A stretch of DNA of 64,000 nucleotides from Basidiobolus meristosporus CBS 931.73 (Eukaryota; Fungi; Basidiobolomycota). The translations under genes were made by a program, and so were the position numbers. The notes below the pieces were generated by a model. That model ran no database searches. It worked only from the letters and a program-made list of their open reading frames with translations, and had not been told where the DNA came from. Location: NCBI GenBank assembly GCA_002104905.1, contig MCFE01000260.1, forward strand, positions 46,589 through 110,588, read 5' to 3'. Below, one piece after another: positions 52,439 through 64,000 of the stretch. The first letter of the stretch is position 1, and each line of letters starts with the position of its first letter.

Positions 52439-54379
52439 TGTATTGATAGGTATGTAAGTAACGCAGTATGCTGTACAACTTTACACGGCCCAGAACACAA
52501 AACCAGACAAATCGTCAATATACTGACTATTTACAAGACAAACCAACCTAAGAGAGCACAACACGATACGACGGTTTCGGACAACTCGTTGAAGAATACC
52601 AATAGACGGAAGTGGCTAAGCGCCAAGTAGACAGAAAGACACGTTTTGGTGGGAATTTTCAATATTGTTTAAATGGACTCGGAAACCTCTTGTTGAATCC
52701 ACACCACATGTTTCATCAATGACTTATGGTAGCGTCAAGTCTATGGGATTCTTAAACCAATTATGATGGACATGTGCCAGTGCACCTATCATAATAGCTA
52801 GGCACTTAAAACCTACCAGTAAAGCAGTAGAATCAGCTATCAAAATTGAGACGAAAATTACTTGAAACGTATTTCGGAACTCGTAGTCAAATCGAGCCCT
52901 TTGGAAAAGACCAGGATTATATGTGTGTGGTTGATCTATCTTTGCACATTGGTCAGTGCCCGGCTACTTGATATCAATTTATCATAAGTTCATCGGGCTG
53001 ATGGTCGGAGTTGAGACATTATAGATAACAGGGCTCTTCGGAACTGTGGTGCTCTACAGCCAAGTACAACGCTTGGCATGCTTGATGCACATGGCACGTT
53101 TGACTGCTGGTGTGTAGATTGATCCTGTTCGTTTGTCAGATGATTACGACGAGACACAGAAATCACATAATCATACAGTATGGCCAGTAGCTCAGTTTTG
53201 CCAGAGGACAAGTGAAATTTAAGGCCAGATAAGAGAGTAAAGGAATGGGCAAAATCTCGACGCTCGTGTAACAACGCTAATCTTCGGATATATTGTCTCT
53301 AAGCATCAACTCCAGGTAAAGTCCGCTCCAAGGGTCAGCGGAGGGAACACCACTCGAGCGGAGATTGATGCTCCGTTTTATCCGACGTATCCACCGTCAT
53401 CCGCTTGAAGCTACACTAGCTCTAGCCATCTCACAGTCGCCAATTATTTCCAAGGTGCACAATTTAGTGGTCTACCATCTGATTTGCTCCATGGCCCTAT
53501 ATCTAATTCGCTTAAGCAACACCCCTCCAACCAATTGGGCATTCGTCCATAGTTCTGTATGTCCCGAGGATTTGGATTCCCTTGGTATACCAAACGGATA
53601 CAAATATGCATCACGAGATTTTGGAGTGAATCAGGTCTAGCTGGGCATGCCTATTAAGGCCAGGGTGAATCATTAAAATGCCCAGATTCTGTGCCACTGA
53701 TTCCTTAGACTAGACCCTCATTGGTGAAGACCCCTAGGGAGTGGCCAATGGATATCGACCTAATCCTTCGGCGAAATTTTCTTGTAACTTTTCGGATTCA
53801 GATGGGATAAACAATTGGGCTCACGACTCCTGGGAGGCACGAGTTGATTGTGGCACCGTTCGTGAGCAGACAGATTTCGCGGATAAACATTATCACTGTC
53901 TTCGTGGGTCACAGCACCGCTGCAACGTACTGTAGATACGCGTTCGCACGCAAGAGTGGTGCAGCAATCGTGCTCGAAAGGCATAATTTCATTTCATGTG
54001 CTCCTTAAATCGAGCCGACTACTGCTACATGAATCGTTCCCGTCCTTGACTAAACCGATCTTTATTCAGGAAATAACTTTCATGTGAGTTATGTGGGGGC
54101 TGTGTAGTGAGTGTTTGTGGGAAACATAACACCAATGGAATAAGAGAAAATCATGCTGTACATTCTTTTATACATACAAGTAACGTGAGGTGAGGGTGTG
54201 CTGTGAGTGTGTGGTCAAAAACGATGTTCAACTAAAAAATACTAGTGGCAGAGTACTAAAGGCCAAGATTCCAACCTGTGGACCAGGATGAAAGGAGGGG
54301 AAATGGGAGAAATAAGTTATTAAAGAAGCAAAGGTCATATAGTAGTCTAAGTAGATGAATGACTTTTTGCGAAAAAGCC

Positions 54380-54856
54380 TTAGTAAAACGCCTCTTTGAT
54401 AACCACCAGGAACATTGCGAAACCACAATATTTGGCAGCACTAAACATGATACTCTGGGTTTGTTTGGTTGGCAGAAGGTTGCTGAGCCAGTTGACCAAC
54501 TTTTCGTTGATCTGGGGGGAGTTCTTTCGCTTCGAAAGGTAATAGTCGAGCGACTTGGAAGCTTCGCGGCCTTTCAAGAGACGTAATTGGATTAGACCCT
54601 GATCGATTGAATGTGTATGGATGCTTCTAAAAGGGTTTGCCTTAGGAGCATAGCCAACGTTTTCAAACGAGGTGGAGTTCCCGAGCAAATATTGAAGATC
54701 AGGGTTCGTAGCCACCTCGGCTCCAGCCTTGCTAACCATTAGGTAGTCTTGGTTCGGCTGGTAACAAGAGGCCAAGATTAAAAGTGGGAGAAGGGCCAAA
54801 CATAGAAGAGGTAGGTAAGTGTGTGGATCGGAATTTAGAGTGCGAGTGGCAGACAT
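54380..54856 (-). CDS. Hypothetical 158-aa protein with N- and C-terminal hydrophobic segments
   Basis: ATG-initiated ORF with LPLLCLALLPLLILASC and FAMFLVVI. No family recognised. Confidence 0.4.
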   Translation of the reverse strand: MSATRTLNSDPHTYLPLLCLALLPLLILASCYQPNQDYLMVSKAGAEVATNPDLQYLLGNSTSFENVGYAPKANPFRSIHTHSIDQGLIQLRLLKGREASKSLDYYLSKRKNSPQINEKLVNWLSNLLPTKQTQSIMFSAAKYCGFAMFLVVIKEAFY

Positions 54857-57800
54857 GCTGTGTAGAATATGACAGTCCGAGTGGCGGGAGGTTGCAGCTG
54901 TTCAAGCTTGTAGCGGGAGAAGCGTCAGACTAGAAAGTATGGTATGAATATTACGGAGAGCGGGAAGGAAGAGTGCGAGGTGAGAGAGGGAGGCTAAGAA
55001 ACCGCTGATGCGGACAAGGAGCTCGATCAAGTCTCAGCAGTCTGGAGATATATAATATTAAGCCAACCCCTTCATTCACCAAACCATCAGATATTTAAGG
55101 CAAGCTCAGCTGGGATACACCAAATCCCTATTTTACCTCTTACCAGCCTAGCTTGCTCTTAATAATATGCAATAGAATATAATCAGTACTAGGAAATATA
55201 CCATGCAACAATGGACCCTAATTTGAGCCAATGACCAGCGATTAAGCAATATTACAGAAATAGAATGATCCATTACGTGAATAGTGAGCGCACGTCTCGG
55301 CATATTTCCCATTTTGCTCTCAATGCGACATGGCCCTCTCAGCCAATCAAGGAGGCCTCTTGCATGCCACTTTAAACACGACAAATTCGAACAGGAGATT
55401 TCCAACTCCTCCACTCAGAGGTATTAGGCACCCTGTAGATAGCCACGTCGAAAGGGCCAATGGGTTGCGTGGGTTCTGTTTGTGCGAAGTATCTTGATGT
55501 TTTCTTTTCGTCCAGCGTAATCCACCGAGAGTTGGAATTGGCTGAGATCCTGCATGATCATGATACAATTGTATCTTAAATGGGAGACATCGGATGCATC
55601 GAAGTGCTACTGTCATTATTATTGAGCAACATTTGCTTGCATTTCAGTAAATTGTAGTTTAAACATCCAGATTGGCACCGCATTGCCTGGCTTTATTTGC
55701 AGGCCGAGCATTCGGCAATCAGTGGAGTCTAGAAAGCACCCAATAGGTAAGGTGGGCTGTGGATGTGCATAGCTTGTGTAGGCATTTCGTTGCCCAAGGA
55801 CGGACGTCCCCAAGGCCAGGGAGTAGGGCACACCATGACCGATAAGGGTTACCCAAGTGATGACGAGTTGAGCACATTGATATATCATGTCGGGAGAAGG
55901 TTGATGTTGCAAGCCCAATGGGTGCCTGGCGTGCAACATCCGCAGTTGTCATTATTAACGCATATCGAGTGGATAATTGGATTTCCAGCATGGTTGGGCT
56001 TTCCCCTTGATGTTAAATCATTTGACGCCAGTGTCAGAATCCAACCCATCTCTGGATCACGTCACCGCTCCGATGTTTCATCCATTCTGGAATTTACATC
56101 CTCAGGACCTGAACTCTGTACCCAGTGCAGCCATGAAGTTATATTTGGGCTACCACAACAAGGCCAAATCTAGTGCTGCCAAGATCCACAAGCAGCCGAC
56201 GACCTCAGCCTACTAAGCGGCTCGTGGTGTGCAGTTTCACCCCATTGCTCCCCTACAGAGTCAATGGAACGACGATCCCATTACCTCTTCGGAGAGCCGT
56301 CAATCCTAGCAATCAGCATGCCTAGACGATCCTGCCCTAGTCCCCTTCACATGACAGACGTTTCTCGAAGCGGCGGGTCAAATCCTGCTCCTTGATGCTA
56401 TCCAATTGGTGTGGACATACTGGAAGAAGCCACACCACATCTCGTCATTGTGGAAACGGAGTCATGGCGATTCCCTCACATTAGTAGCGGATTCAACAAA
56501 TGGTAAATAAGTCTCCGGTTTTCCAGGTGGTCATCACATGTTAGCGTGGATCAGTCTAATCATTAAAATATCATCCAAATGAGCTGCCAGTCGGAACGGA
56601 TTTGGCAAAAACGCTGTCTCTTGTTACACATCAGTAACACCAATGACATCTTTTCGCCGCTTCAAATGGAGCAACTCAGCTTTCCTCAGCCGACAATCTT
56701 GCGTGAGTTTAGATTTAACTAAGCCGCGAGTTGTTGATACCCCAAACCTCATCAAGTGCAAGTAATAGAGGTAGAATTTAATTTATCCGGTGCATCAGGT
56801 AATAAAACGCGCATGTTTATGGGGCTCCTTGAGTCCAGCTTAGCCTTTTACCGGATCAAACATGCGGTTCCAAGCTGCTGACCACTCGCAAGATCTCCCG
56901 GCATTCAAGAGAGTCAGCCAGAGCCTTACGCTAACACAGATGCCCGCCAAGTTTGCTGTTTCGCAGGATGGTCTCGTATTCTACGAAGTCTCATGCAGAA
57001 TGGCGAACCCTACCCTACTTGTGGTCTCTGGAGTCCGCTTGCTCTGGGTTAGTCGGATTCGTTCGGACAATAGCATTATGGGGTTGGTGACCACATGCGT
57101 TAATCAATGAAATGCTCGAGGCCCAAGGCTGTATTCCTTCACTTAAAATGACCGAACGAGTTGCGTAATACAGTGTTGGTGTTCTTTATTACCCGAAAGG
57201 GAAAGTCCACTATCAAGCGGCACAGTCTGCATTGACCTTTAATTTGATCATAACGGCAGTTGGCTAAGGTTACATAATTCAGGATATCATGACGCTGGCA
57301 AAATCGTGACAGCATAGGGTGACGATTTGCAGGTGACTGGGCGGGGATCGTTATTTGTATTATGCAGTGTTTATTAGTCATGGAGGTGGTGAGATGCCTA
57401 TCTGGCACTCCGGCTGATCAGCATTCAGTATGGCAAACACAAAATGCATATTAATTTTGGGATGTGGGCTGATTAATCCTTTAATCTCATCTTATAATTA
57501 TGTAGTCAGGCCAAATGCCATTTTGAGACACCTATCGATATGCCATGGATGATATTGACCGGTGGATGATTTCATTTGTGGGGATAGCAAGGTATGGTGT
57601 CCACTCAGATATTTTGCAGTAGAATGTCTAGTTGGTAAATTGACTGGACACTTGGCATGCATCCAGTTCCACCAGAATTTGGTTATATGTTTACTCACAG
57701 GTTATCATAGCATCATTGATGTCGATAGCCAACCCCCTTGTTTCAGACCATTCCAAGATGCTCCAGGTGATTTCCGGAGTTCCAAACAATCAAATGTTGC

Positions 57801-58818
57801 CTACTTAATGTTCAATATGGGAATATATAATATATCTATTCCAGCTAGTTTGGAGTTTTTTCTCGCCTCGTGCCACTCTTTAACGCCATCTAGACTCCAG
57901 TTGCTGCAGATCCTGAGTTCTCTTTTAGTATCCACAGTAACAGTAACCAGCTATGTTAATGCGATGGCGACAGCAGTTCTCATTGAGCCATTCGGTGTGT
58001 ATATTTTATGGTAATGCATCACTAAAATCGCCACTTAATATTGGGCCTATCGAGGAGGGGGAGGAGATACTTAGGTATTATATAAATGGCTTTATACAAA
58101 TTCCAGGGCTAGTTTCTACACAAAATGAAATCTACTGAATTTAATAAAAAAGATTAAGCGCAGGGTCTTGCCCATTGCTTGAGATTTCAAAATGGTTGAA
58201 ATCCTATCAGAAGTATGATGTTTCTAGCTAGGCACTGGCAAGAAAATCGTTGCGCTTCTCATTTAGCAATGATCTCTACACCGTTGCAAATAGCAAATAG
58301 TTTGCCTAGTTATTCTTGTGTTTTTGGTTGGAAAAATTCCTTTCTACTGAATTGACAATGATATCTGACTAATTCTTTAGGATGTATTGGAACAACAAAT
58401 ATACCGTGATCCATAACCAGCAGATGGCAAAATTCTAAATGCTCCACCTTCAACGTCCTGCTTCCACTTGCCTCTAGTACAACTTCGAAGGACTCGAAAA
58501 TTGGCAGTATCAGACTTTGTTTGTCCCGCATTTTTAAACAGAAAACTGAATATATTCTTGAAGCACAAAATTTGGAATTATTCGAGCTATCTCAATGAAA
58601 CATGATTCTCCAGTTTTCAGTGAAGGTAAAGTAATAAGCTTTCTGCATTATAAATGAGACAAACTGGGTTAGGAACCAGCAAAAAAACCAGAGTATATAG
58701 TGAAGTATGCTCATCTCTTGTACTTGGAGTAAATACAACATATATGCTCGGGGCAAACATCTTAATATGCAATGAAACAATACTACTGCAAGTTGCTCTA
58801 AACTCTTCTTGTCTACAA

Positions 58819-59290
58819 TGTTATAAATTTTGTAAATACACCTAAATACTCACCCAACTTGGTCACTTGGATCATTGTCTACAAATCTTAGAGAATTCTG
58901 GCCAAATTCCTTGTTGGGATTTGCTTGGAATATTTTCACCAAAATAGCAGATACCCAGAATGTGGAATATGGATAAGTTGTCTAAACAGCACCAAAATAT
59001 GCACACATGCTCCTGGGACCTTCATATACATTGTCTATGAGCTTGCTCTGCCAAAATCTTGTAAATGTATCAATACTAATTTTACATTAAGTTAATCTTT
59101 AAGTGACCACCACATAATCAACTTGCTTTCCTATTCACTTCCAATATCTCCAAAACTCTTACAGCAGGCTATGAACACCAATCTATCACCTTCTGGAGTA
59201 TCTGTTACTGCCATTACAAGAACTTTACCCTCTGCTGAAAAGCAGGATGGATCCAACTGTCAAGTCTGTGATATAAGAGTTTTGGAGATA
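58819..59290 (+). mobile_element. Old Copia 5' LTR (58819-59166) with a degenerate PBS and gag start
   Basis: TGTTATAAA...CTTACAGCA then GGCTATGAAC. Homologous to 61105-61560. Confidence 0.85.
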
Positions 59291-59419
59291 TTGATTTATT
59301 AAATGTATTAGTAGTACTTCTACTTTCAGGGGCAAGACAAGTGTGTATTATACACTTGGAAAGTTCCCAAGAGCAGGTGTGCAAAGCTTGAGGCTGTTTG
59401 GACAGCCTTGACAAATTCA

Positions 59420-59800
59420 TGTTTTGGTTACCTGATGTTTTAGTGAAGAATATTTTTAGTACATCCTAACAAGGAATTTGGGCAGGTTTCTCTAAGATCT
59501 GTATACTATGCACTAACTGACAAGTTTAGGTGATATTTTGGTGTAGTTTCAAACTTAAAACTCTCCCACTCAACTTAATATTCATATCAACTAGTCAGAC
59601 TTGTAGTCTAAGATATTCAATTTTGACTCTAGCCAATGGTATGATGAATATGTTGGCAATCATTCCATACATAGGACAAGAGGTTAAGCCAACTAAGCTA
59701 TCCTTAGTAGCTTCCCATACAAAATGATACCTAACTTCAATGTGCTCAGCTCTAGCATGAAACCACAAGAGAAAGTATCAGGAAAAGGCCAGCACAAAAC
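59420..59800 (-). mobile_element. Copia RNaseH tail, PPT and partial 3' LTR
   Basis: HARAEHIEVRYH...MIANI...EYLR on the minus strand, then AGTTGAGTGGGAG and LTR sequence. Confidence 0.75.
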
Positions 59801-60150
59801 TGTTGCAATATTCTGAGGAGTATTGGAAGTGATGTGGAGAACTAGAAGATTTACATGTTATTCACTTGTAGATTTATTGATCAAAAGTATGGTATTTATA
59901 CTTTTGATAAAGTAGAGGAAAACAAACGTGTAGAGTTTGTTAAGGAAGGTCCCAAGAATATGTGTGCAAAGTTTGGGGTCTTTTGGACGACTTTGAGAAA
60001 AATAATAATCTGGCTACCTGACAATTTGGTGAAAATATTCTAAGTAAATCCCGACAAGAAATCTAGTCAGGACAGAATGCTAATCACAGAATAAGATCTA
60101 TGTGACTAAGTTAGCATGAATATTTAGGTGACAATTCAATAATTACAACA
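59801..60150 (-). repeat. Diverged Copia LTR, minus orientation
   Basis: TGTTGTAATT...TATTGCAACA on the minus strand; 350 bp; homologous to the LTR family. Confidence 0.85.
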
Positions 60151-60155
60151 ATTTC

Positions 60156-61104
60156 TGTTGTAAAAATTTGTATTTCCACCTAAATATTCACCTAACTTAG
60201 TCACTTAGATCATTACCTTCAAATCCTAGAGAATACTGACCAAATTCCTTGTTGGGATTTACTTAGAATATTTTCACCAAAATATCAGGTACCCAGAATA
60301 TGAAAATTCTCAAAGTTGTCCAAACAGCCCCAAACTTTGCACACATGTTCCTGGGACCTTCCTTAACCTATTCTACGTGCTTGTAATGCCAAGACCAGGT
60401 AAAAGTATAAATACTACTTTTATATTCAATAAATCATTAAGTGAAAACCACATAATCTACTTGTTCTCCCAATCACTTCCAATATCTCCAAGACTCTTAC
60501 AACAGGTTATGAGCCCCAAGCTGTCACTCTCTGCAATGTCTACTACTGCTATTACTGGAATTTTTCCCTCTGCTGAAAAGTTGGATGGATCTAACTACCA
60601 AGTGTGGAAGGTGAAGATGAAGATGCTGCTGCAAGAAAGAGGCCTTTGGGATATTGTCATGGGAGAAGAATGCCCTCCTAAAAACGTGGGAGAGGAAGCC
60701 TTAAAGTACCAGAAGAAAGAACAAAGTGCCTTTAACTGCATTTGCCTTAATGTCAAGGACAAATTGCTAATTCAATGCTCAAGAGCAAAAACGGCAAAGA
60801 ATGCCTGGAAAGCATTACAAGACACCTACCAGTCATGTTCAGCTGCCAAGAAAATGTATCTGAGAAGAAAATTCTTTACTACAAAGATGCTGCCAGGAGA
60901 AGAAATGAAATATCTAATTAACAGAATTACCCTGCTGGTAGATGAGATGGAATCTGTGGGTGTACCAACTACTGATGAGGATGTGATAGTTACCATCCTG
61001 AATAGCCTGACAGACGAGTTTCAGGGCCTTGTATCAGCCCTAGAGTCCAGAACTGAAGATTTGACCTTAAATTACGTATATGGAAGGCTCCTGGATGAAG
61101 AATT
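60156..61104 (+). mobile_element. Copia 5' LTR (60156-60504), PBS and gag truncated at LLDEE by the next LTR
   Basis: Near-identical to 61105-62053. Ends GAAGAATT immediately before TGTTGT. Confidence 0.92.
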
Positions 61105-64000
61105 TGTTGTAAAAATTCGTATTTTCCACCTAAATATTCACCTAACTTAGTCACTCAGATCATCACCTTCAAATCCTAGAGAATACTGACCAAATTCCTT
61201 GTCGGGATTTACTTAGAATATTTTCACCAAAATACCAGGTACCCAGAACATGAAAATTCTCAAAGTTGTCCAAACAGCCCCAAACTTTGCACACATGTTC
61301 TTGGGACCTTCCTTAACCTATTCTACGTGTTTGCAATGCCAAGACCATGTAAAAGTATAAATACTACTTTTACATTCAATAAATCATTAAGTGAAAACCA
61401 CATAATCTACTTGTTCTCCAAATCACTTCCAATATCTCCAAGACTCTTACAACAGGTTATGAGCCCCGAGCTGTCACTCTCTGCAATGTCTACTACTGCT
61501 ATTACTGGAATTTTTCCCTCTGCTGAAAAGTTGGATGGATCTAACTACCAAGTGTGGAAGGTGAAGATGAAGATGCTGCTACAAGAAAGAGGCCTTTGGG
61601 ATATTGTCATGGGAGAAGAATGCCCTCCTAAAAACGTGGGAGAGGAAGCCTTGAAGTACCAGAAGAAAGAACAAAGTGCCTTTAACTGCATTTGCCTTAA
61701 TGTCAAGGACAAATTGCTAATTCAATGCTCAAGAGCAAAAACGGCAAAGAATGCCTGGAAAGCATTAGAAGACACCTACCAGTCATGTTCAGCTGCCAAG
61801 AAAATGTATCTGAGAAGAAAATTCTTTACTACAAAGATGCTGCCAGGAGAAGAAATGAAAAATCTAATTAACAGAATTACCCTGCTGGTAGATGAGATGG
61901 AATCTGTGGGCGTACCAACTACTGATGAGGATGTGATAGTTACCATCCTGAATAGCCTGACAGACGAGTTTCAGGGCCTTATATCAGCCCTAGAGTCTAG
62001 AACTGAAGATTTGACCTTAAATTACGTATATGGAAGGCTCCTGGATGAAGAATTAAGAAAATCAAGCGCCAATAAGAAGGAAGAAGAAAATGCTTTAATA
62101 AGCAATGATAACCAACAAAGGAGGTACCCAAGACCCTACAAAGGCAACAGCAACCTATTTTGCAACTACTGCAAAAGGAAAGGACACACATCAGACCGGT
62201 GTTTCAAAAAGAGAGATTATCAGCAAAAGAAGCCTGAATATGGAAATGCTGCAACAACTGAAGATAGACTATTCATATCTGCACTAAATATGACCACAAA
62301 CAAGGATTCTCAGACGTGGTATATTGACTCTGGAGCTTCTCAACACTTTACACACCAAAAAGAACTTTTTACCCAATATCAAGAAATTCCAATTAAGAAG
62401 GTTTTCATGGGTGACAATAGAACACTTGATGCAGTGGGAGAAGGAACTATCCAAGTAAACCTTAGAAGCAGTGAAGGAAGCCATACACTGACCTTTAAAG
62501 AAGTACTCTATGTACCAGAAATAGCCAAGAACCTACTCTCTGTAAGCAAGGCCACAGCAGAAGGACTCAGTTTCAGTTTTGACAATTCTGGATGCAGGAT
62601 CACTGATCAAAATGGTGCTCATATTGCTTCAGGCATCAGAGATCAGAATCTATACAAGTTGACTTATATTCCATCATATCTGGAAGCCAATATAAGTAAC
62701 TTAAATGAAGAAACACCAATGCTTTGGCACAGGAGATTTGGACACATCAATTTTGATTATTTGCGTAAAATGATCAAAGATCAGCTAATTTCTGGAGTGA
62801 AAATTGATCCCCCAGCTAATTTGGAGCACTGTGAAGCCTGCATATATGGGAAACAAGCCAGACAACCGTTCAAGAGCTCTGGGTTAATCAAAACTAAGAA
62901 AAAATTAGATCTAATTCACTCAGATCTGTGTGGACCTATGCAAAATTTATCCTTAGGCGGGATGAAGTATTTAATCACTTTTATTGATGATTATACAAGA
63001 TACACATGGGTCTACTTCATGGAGAGAAAGGAAGAAGCTCTGTCTAAGCTCAGGGAGTTTAAAGCCATGGTGGAGAGAGAAACTGGTGAAAAAATCAAGA
63101 AAATACGCTCTGACAATGGTGGAGAATATACCTCAAAACTCTTCATCCACTTCTGCAAAATTCATGGGATAAAGCAAGAGACTACTGTACCATACTCCCC
63201 ACAGCAAAATGGAGTAGCAGAACGAAGCTAACAGATCAATAATTGATATGGCAAGATCTATGATCCATGATCAAAAATTATCCTATGATTTTTGGGCGGA
63301 ATCAGTTGCCACTGCTGTATATCTTAAAAATAGGAGTTATAACAGAATACTTCGTGATTCTACTCCATTTGAAGCATGGTATGGATACAGACCAAGTGCA
63401 GAACATCTAAGAATATTTGGGTGTACAGCATATGCCAAAAAACTGGCCGGAAATCAGTCAAAATTTGAGCCAAAAAGTGTAAAATGCATATTTTTGGGCT
63501 ACTGCAATGAGAGTAAGGCATACAGACTCTACAATACCAAAGCAAAGAAGCTGATCAAGTCCAGGGATGTGTTGTTTGATGAAAATTCAAAATTTTCACA
63601 AAAAATGACATCAGATGATGACGAAAATTTGATCTCAAGTCCACCAATTGTCAGGATTGAATCAGAGCAAAACAATGAAAATTTTTTCACTCCAGAGGAC
63701 TCTACAACCGTGGTTCAGCCAGAATCAGTGCCCAGGAATATCCCAGAAGTGATCATTCCAGTATCAAATGCCCGGAGATCCAATCGGACAAGAAATAGCC
63801 CAAATTACTATATCAATGAGGGTACAAACTTAGCCTATGCCTATTCAGTCCATATTGATGAACCCCAGACTGTAAAAGAGGCCCTAAATAGCCCTCAGAC
63901 AAAGTTTTGGAGATCTGCAATGACTGAGGAATATCAGGCACTGATGGAAAATCAAACTTGGGACTTAGTCAAATTACCAATCAACCAAAAATCAATTGGA
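61105..64000 (+). mobile_element. Young Ty1/Copia element: LTR 61105-61454, PBS GGTTATGAGCCC, gag-PR-GAG_pre-IN-RT from ATG 61459; one +1 frameshift at ~63225; runs off the window end
   Basis: LDGSNYQVW, CNYCKRKGHTSDRC, WYIDSGASQH, LWHRRFGH, HSDLCGPM, RSDNGGEY, QQNGVAER. The downstream frame stays open through WAE, IFLGY and WRSAMTEEY to the window end. Confidence 0.97.

Noticed and set aside
52990-54000. Short ORFs on both strands
   Set aside because: No recognisable motifs and frequent stops.
55300-58600. ORF 55763..56173 with MTDKGY (transposase-like) and neighbouring ORFs
   Set aside because: No other DDE residues, TIRs or RT motifs in the right order. Left unannotated.
60377-61458. LTR-derived N-terminal extensions of the gag ORFs (starts at 60377 and 61327)
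   Set aside because: Non-ATG starts inside the LTR. The first in-frame ATGs are at the PBS (60509 and 61459).

Overview
Eukaryotic DNA with short GT-AG introns, most likely from an early-diverging fungus (Zoopagomycota/Mucoromycota-like; this is inference). The window has three parts. (1) 1-19.7 kb is a CpG-depleted block of nested transposons: Ty3/Gypsy, Ty1/Copia, two CACTA-like elements with CCCTA ends, a 1.07-kb solo LTR, and a composite two-ORF PHIS-superfamily (Pangu-like) DNA transposon with AGAC TIRs and ANT target duplications. (2) ~20-55 kb is a CpG-rich gene island: U2SURP, a C-terminally truncated SEC15, a 4-TM protein, GRC3/NOL9, a HotDog thioesterase, a CHD7/Kismet-class remodeller, a PL14 lyase, MED18, a probable small spliced BLOS3-like gene missed by the ORF track, TAM41, RPL42, a trihelix Myb/SANT factor, SNU13 and a winged-HTH+SET protein. 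(3) 58.8-64 kb is a Copia LTR cluster ending in a young, nearly intact Copia element. I found no RNA genes or CRISPR arrays. Coordinates were counted by hand, and family assignments come from motif recognition, not database searches.
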